The position numbers were made by a program, and so were the translations under genes. Positions 59,688-64,000 of a stretch of 64,000 nt of DNA are shown one piece after another. The first letter of the stretch is position 1; each line of letters starts with the position of its first letter. The notes under the pieces were generated by a model that saw nothing but the letters and a program-made list of their open reading frames with translations, searched no databases and was not told the origin of the DNA. Source of the stretch: Phallusia mammillata (lineage: Eukaryota); contig OZ281494.1 of NCBI GenBank assembly GCA_965637545.1, positions 18,848,001-18,912,000 of the forward strand, in the 5' to 3' direction.

Positions 59688-62600
59688 GTGTAGACTGTAG
59701 AGTATTATCTTCTGGCAATACTCATTTATTCCTTCAGAACTAACAAATGAGACATTTGTTTGCGCACAATAAAAATAAGCGCATTGATATAGTTTTGTAT
59801 GTAATATAACGAACTGCCAAAAAAACATTTTTATGCGTCCTGCGAAACTAGGTGAAATTAATGCTACATGCTTTTGCGGGAATACTTCCGCAAAATAACT
59901 TTCAGCGGTCAACTCAAGCTTTATGTATTTAAGATATATATAAGAACCTGTAAATATCTTTCGGGTCGGATGAAATAACGTCGCGGGACAGATAGTTTGG
60001 TGATCCCTGGATTAGACAGATTACATTTTTGGATTGCAATATTAAAAGTAAAACTTTCCGAAGCAACATGAAATATGCTTCCATATCTAAGACTAATTTA
60101 ATACTACAGATAATTATAAAATCAAGTGATAATCATTGGTTCGTAAGGCAAAAATTGGTGTGAAATCAAAATACAGTTTTCAGTTACTAATTGTGAAATT
60201 AAATAGAGTTTTCATATTCAACCCCTGCGACCTGTGGTGGCGTTAACCTATTACACAGCAACAGTAAGTTTAAAAACAGGACACAGATAGTAAACAACGA
60301 AATTTTTAGACATTTCTCGTCTCTTTGTTAGCATGGGACCAGTAGGGAGAAGTGCCAAACCTGGCATATATGTCGTATACGCCTACCATAAATCACAAAT
60401 GGTGGGGATCAATTTTCCCTTTTCCCGTTCGCTTGCGAGATGTAATTACAACCAACATCCGCTCAGTTTCATACAAGCGAGGAAACACACTGTTGTGTGC
60501 GACGCAAGGCAATCGATGCAAAATCGTTCAAGCAGAGCGGCAATGCAGAAATAGCGAATAAGTTTTGTGAGAACTTAGTTTGAACTACTGCAACAATCTT
60601 TACACACTTGTGTAACTACACAGTATCAGAACATTAACCTCTAACATACATACTGGATAAACAATTTTCAAATCTGATTAAAATAATTAAATAAGTGATT
60701 TTGTTGTATTTTGTTGTAATATAAAGGATTAAAATACTTATTTGTACACTATGGGACAAACTTATGATTTAACTTGTACACGTATCGTTTTCCTCTTTTG
60801 TTTGTTCTGTCACATCAATTATTACTTTGGGCCCGAACCCTGCAATAACGACTTAATTTTGGGCGGCGCAACTTTATTAAAACTATATTTAAACAGCAAT
60901 AGAAGTGCGTTAAAACACAAATCCACGTGCCGTCCTTCAGCCAACACGGCAAAGCAAGGGAATGGTAAAGACGTGCCACAAACCAAATACACAGAAATGC
61001 CCGTGATGGTGCCAAATCAGGAAAACCAAGTGTACAAAACGACGAAATTGTGCATGGCCAAAATATTTTGTCACATTATAGTTGCTTTTGTGTTATCGTC
61101 AATTGGCATTTCCTCTCTTTGGTAGCAGGTCTACAAAATGACATTAAACATACGTTTCTCACAACTTGGCTTTTTAAAGTTCTTGCGGAAACAAGTGTTA
61201 GCAGTTAGTACATGCCTATATTTCATGTATAGTTTTCAACGCACAAATACACAGTTACGGAGAGACACATTCTTTATTGTGCTAAACCAGGGCTGGGGAA
61301 CCTGCGGCCTAAAGACATGCGGCCTTTTTAGATTTAGAGCACTATGTGCGGCCTTCGATGTCAAAATACATTTTTAAGATGTTGATATTACAGACTGCAC
61401 CAAGCGCCGAAAAATAGACATAAACGTATTTTTTTACCTTTATTTAACATTACTATTTGATTAGTAGGGCCGCGGTTTTTAAACTAGAGCCAATGGTTCC
61501 ATATTGGTACACAAAGCGAATTCTGTGGCACTACCAAGAGCCCGAAGTTCTATCATCTTACTTGTGTTGCAAAAAACAATTGTAAGTTGATGTAATTTGT
61601 CTAAATTTATAATAGTTTCCACCACCTGTTCCTTTCTTTTAGGTTTTTTCAAAAACAAGATCACTAAATGTAACTGATTGTTAACAATTTGATAATTATA
61701 AAATTATAAATCATAAATGACAATCTGTACGTTATTAACGTCAGTATGCCGACCGGCTATAATTGTAACGCTGATAAACTATAATTTACGTCGCTCATAT
61801 ACCTCAAATGCTAAAATATTTTGGCGAATTTAAATAACTCGTGAATACATTAAAGATTTGTGTACGTTTTTTTATGTTTTGAAAGTTTATTTCCGGGTAC
61901 AAGCTTTGCATTTTAACTCAAACCAATACAGATCACATAAATAAAGCCGCACCAGCTGCACACAACACGGACGAGAAAATAAGTAAGGGATATGTTGGAG
62001 ATCTGCCTGCAGCAGAAGACAATACTTTCTCTGGAACTTCCCAGCCATGATCCCCATCATGATGTCCTTCTGCAAAAAAAGAGATTTGTGCAAGCGTTAA
62101 AGGCGGGGCCCGAACACATATTGCAAAGTTCAAAGTCAAAGGTTCATTTGATTAGACCACGATATGCGGACAACTTTAATTTTCGCTTTTAGTTACTTAC
62201 CCGGTTTTGATTCGCTGAGATCAATCACGAGAAGTAAAAGCAGTAATATGGCGAAACTTGCTTTAGCCATTATCTGCGATATTTAAAAATACAGAAATTC
62301 AAAGCCTTTTTAAACAGACTACTAACAGCTGGTTAGTTGAAAGTTTAACCGAATTTGGCAACAAAACAAAATATTATCAAATATTGATGATAATATAATT
62401 AACACGTAAATTTACAATAACTTGTGCTATACCTTCAACTTGTTCGTTTCTTCCTTGGGAGTCTGAATGAGAGTAATGCAAGATAGAAGAGGCTACAGTT
62501 ATATACTAATTTTACGTGTGTTCCTGCAGAAAAAAAGAGGAAATCATGGTAGTTATGCGGTGCAGATCAAATTCCTTGCGTCGGTGAGAATCGTTTGCAA

Positions 62601-64000
62601 CTTGATCTACAAGGCTATTTGATACAACACTTCCATGCCTCTGGTAAAAGGTTTAAGCACACCGTTACAGTCACACAGAGATTATGCTACTGCATCAGCA
62701 CTATAACTTCTGCGCCATAGGTTTAGGGTGCTGTCCAACGGCCAGCCGGTAAAATTAATAAATTTATTCATTTTAATAAACTGCACGCTACCCTACATGC
62801 TTGCGCTAACGCAGAGATAAATAAACAATCTAGCTTTCGTACTTGTAATAAAATCGGTTTAAAAAATACGCACAGTTTTAGACAACAAAATTGGGCAAAA
62901 GTTGCACTTAATAACACCATAAAAACGAGACCAATCGGTACTACAAGTTTGCACAGGAAAAGAGCACGTTATTCAAACGCCGACCAAACAAGTCCGCCCA
63001 ATCGCAGTTGCGCCGCCTTTACGATAGGGAGCCATAAAACACCAGTTACTCCAAAGGTTAATTGACAAATGTCCCGAAGGTGTCTATAATTAGGGCAACG
63101 CGCTGGAATGCCAAGTCAGCGCGGCGGGTTGCGTTCGAAGTGCAAAAACGGAAAACAATAAAATAAAAAAACTGTTATAGTAAACGAATAAACGCAAAGT
63201 AGGTTGGGAAACCTAAGTTAAACAATAACAAAGGAGATGAATAACATACAATGACAAAGTAACAAACAAAAGTAATGCCGGCATAGTGAATTAATACATA
63301 AAGGTAATATCATTCGTAACAAATCGGAGATAAACAGCGGTGACAAAGCAACAAACAAAAGCAGTAACCAAACTGGGCAATAAACCGATTAATATTTTTA
63401 GGAAAACGAACAACATATATGACAAAACAACAAACAAAACGAGTGACAAAACAGTCCTAAAAAGAAATAAGTAATATTATCCGTAACACTACTGTAAAAT
63501 AACATGGATCCTAGTCAACAACTAACATTAGACTCAAATACTGTCATTGAATTAAAGACACTGGAATACGTTCGACCTTAAAAGTAGCGTAAAATTTGTT
63601 AAGTGATTTTTACAGAGTAAAAATTAGAAAATGATTTTGGAGCAAAAGGATGGAAAAACGAATGTTCTAAAATCCAAGAGGTTGGCTAAACAATCTGCAG
63701 TTTGTATGCACCTCTAGACTTCAGAGACTGTCCCACGCTTTGTTTAACATATACCTTGTACTTTTGAGTACCGACTCAACTTAAAAAACAGATACAACCA
63801 CGTCAGAAACAAGTTTCCTAAATTTCACGTTCTGCCAACGTGAAAAACATATAAAATTTAAATGCAGATATAAAGAAAATTTGATTTAAATACTGGTTAA
63901 TACACTGCCATTGTACATGTACATATTTTTGTGTTTTCTCTTTTTCCCGGTAGCTTTAAGTCAGGGGTCTCCAACAAGCGACCCGCCGGCCAGATGTGGC

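Noticed and set aside
60333-61125. ORFs including a 127-aa one with a hydrophobic C-terminus
   Set aside because: No recognisable domain, signal peptide or consistent splice chain.
61930-62720. Possible minus-strand exons (DSQGRNEQVE / EGHHDGDHGWEVPEKV)
   Set aside because: Some acceptors and donors fit in phase, but I found no start exon or family. Worth an RNA-seq look; not supportable here.

Overview
AT-rich eukaryotic (animal) DNA with short GT-AG and some GC-AG introns. An ascidian/tunicate origin is my inference from the peptide-precursor architecture and intron style; it is not shown directly. From left to right: (1) the 5' part of a multi-exon WDR87/WDR97-like WD40 gene (minus) carrying several frameshifts; (2) an apparently intact ~17-exon secreted FN3-like/LDLa mosaic gene (plus); (3) four tandem minus-strand genes for small secreted precursors of the form signal peptide + Arg/aromatic-rich cationic peptide + Gly(-Lys) + acidic tail, two of them in a recent ~4 kb tandem duplication; (4) an assembly gap, a 355-bp tRNA-like unit and a decayed Tx1/L1 LINE with SINEs inserted into it; (5) a 2-exon SAM methyltransferase; (6) a 6-Cys, very cationic secreted protein plus its pseudogene; (7) two tandem secreted phospholipases A2; (8) a fifth cationic-peptide precursor on the plus strand; (9) a decayed Kolobok (THAP + DDE) transposon. 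Many hAT MITEs with 8-bp TSDs and one piggyBac-like element are scattered throughout. The most interesting signal is what looks like an undescribed antimicrobial-peptide family inside a secreted host-defence cluster evolving by birth and death. The ORF track shows only fragments of these genes; I assembled the exon models by hand from splice signals and phase. No database searches were run, and family calls come from recalled motifs.
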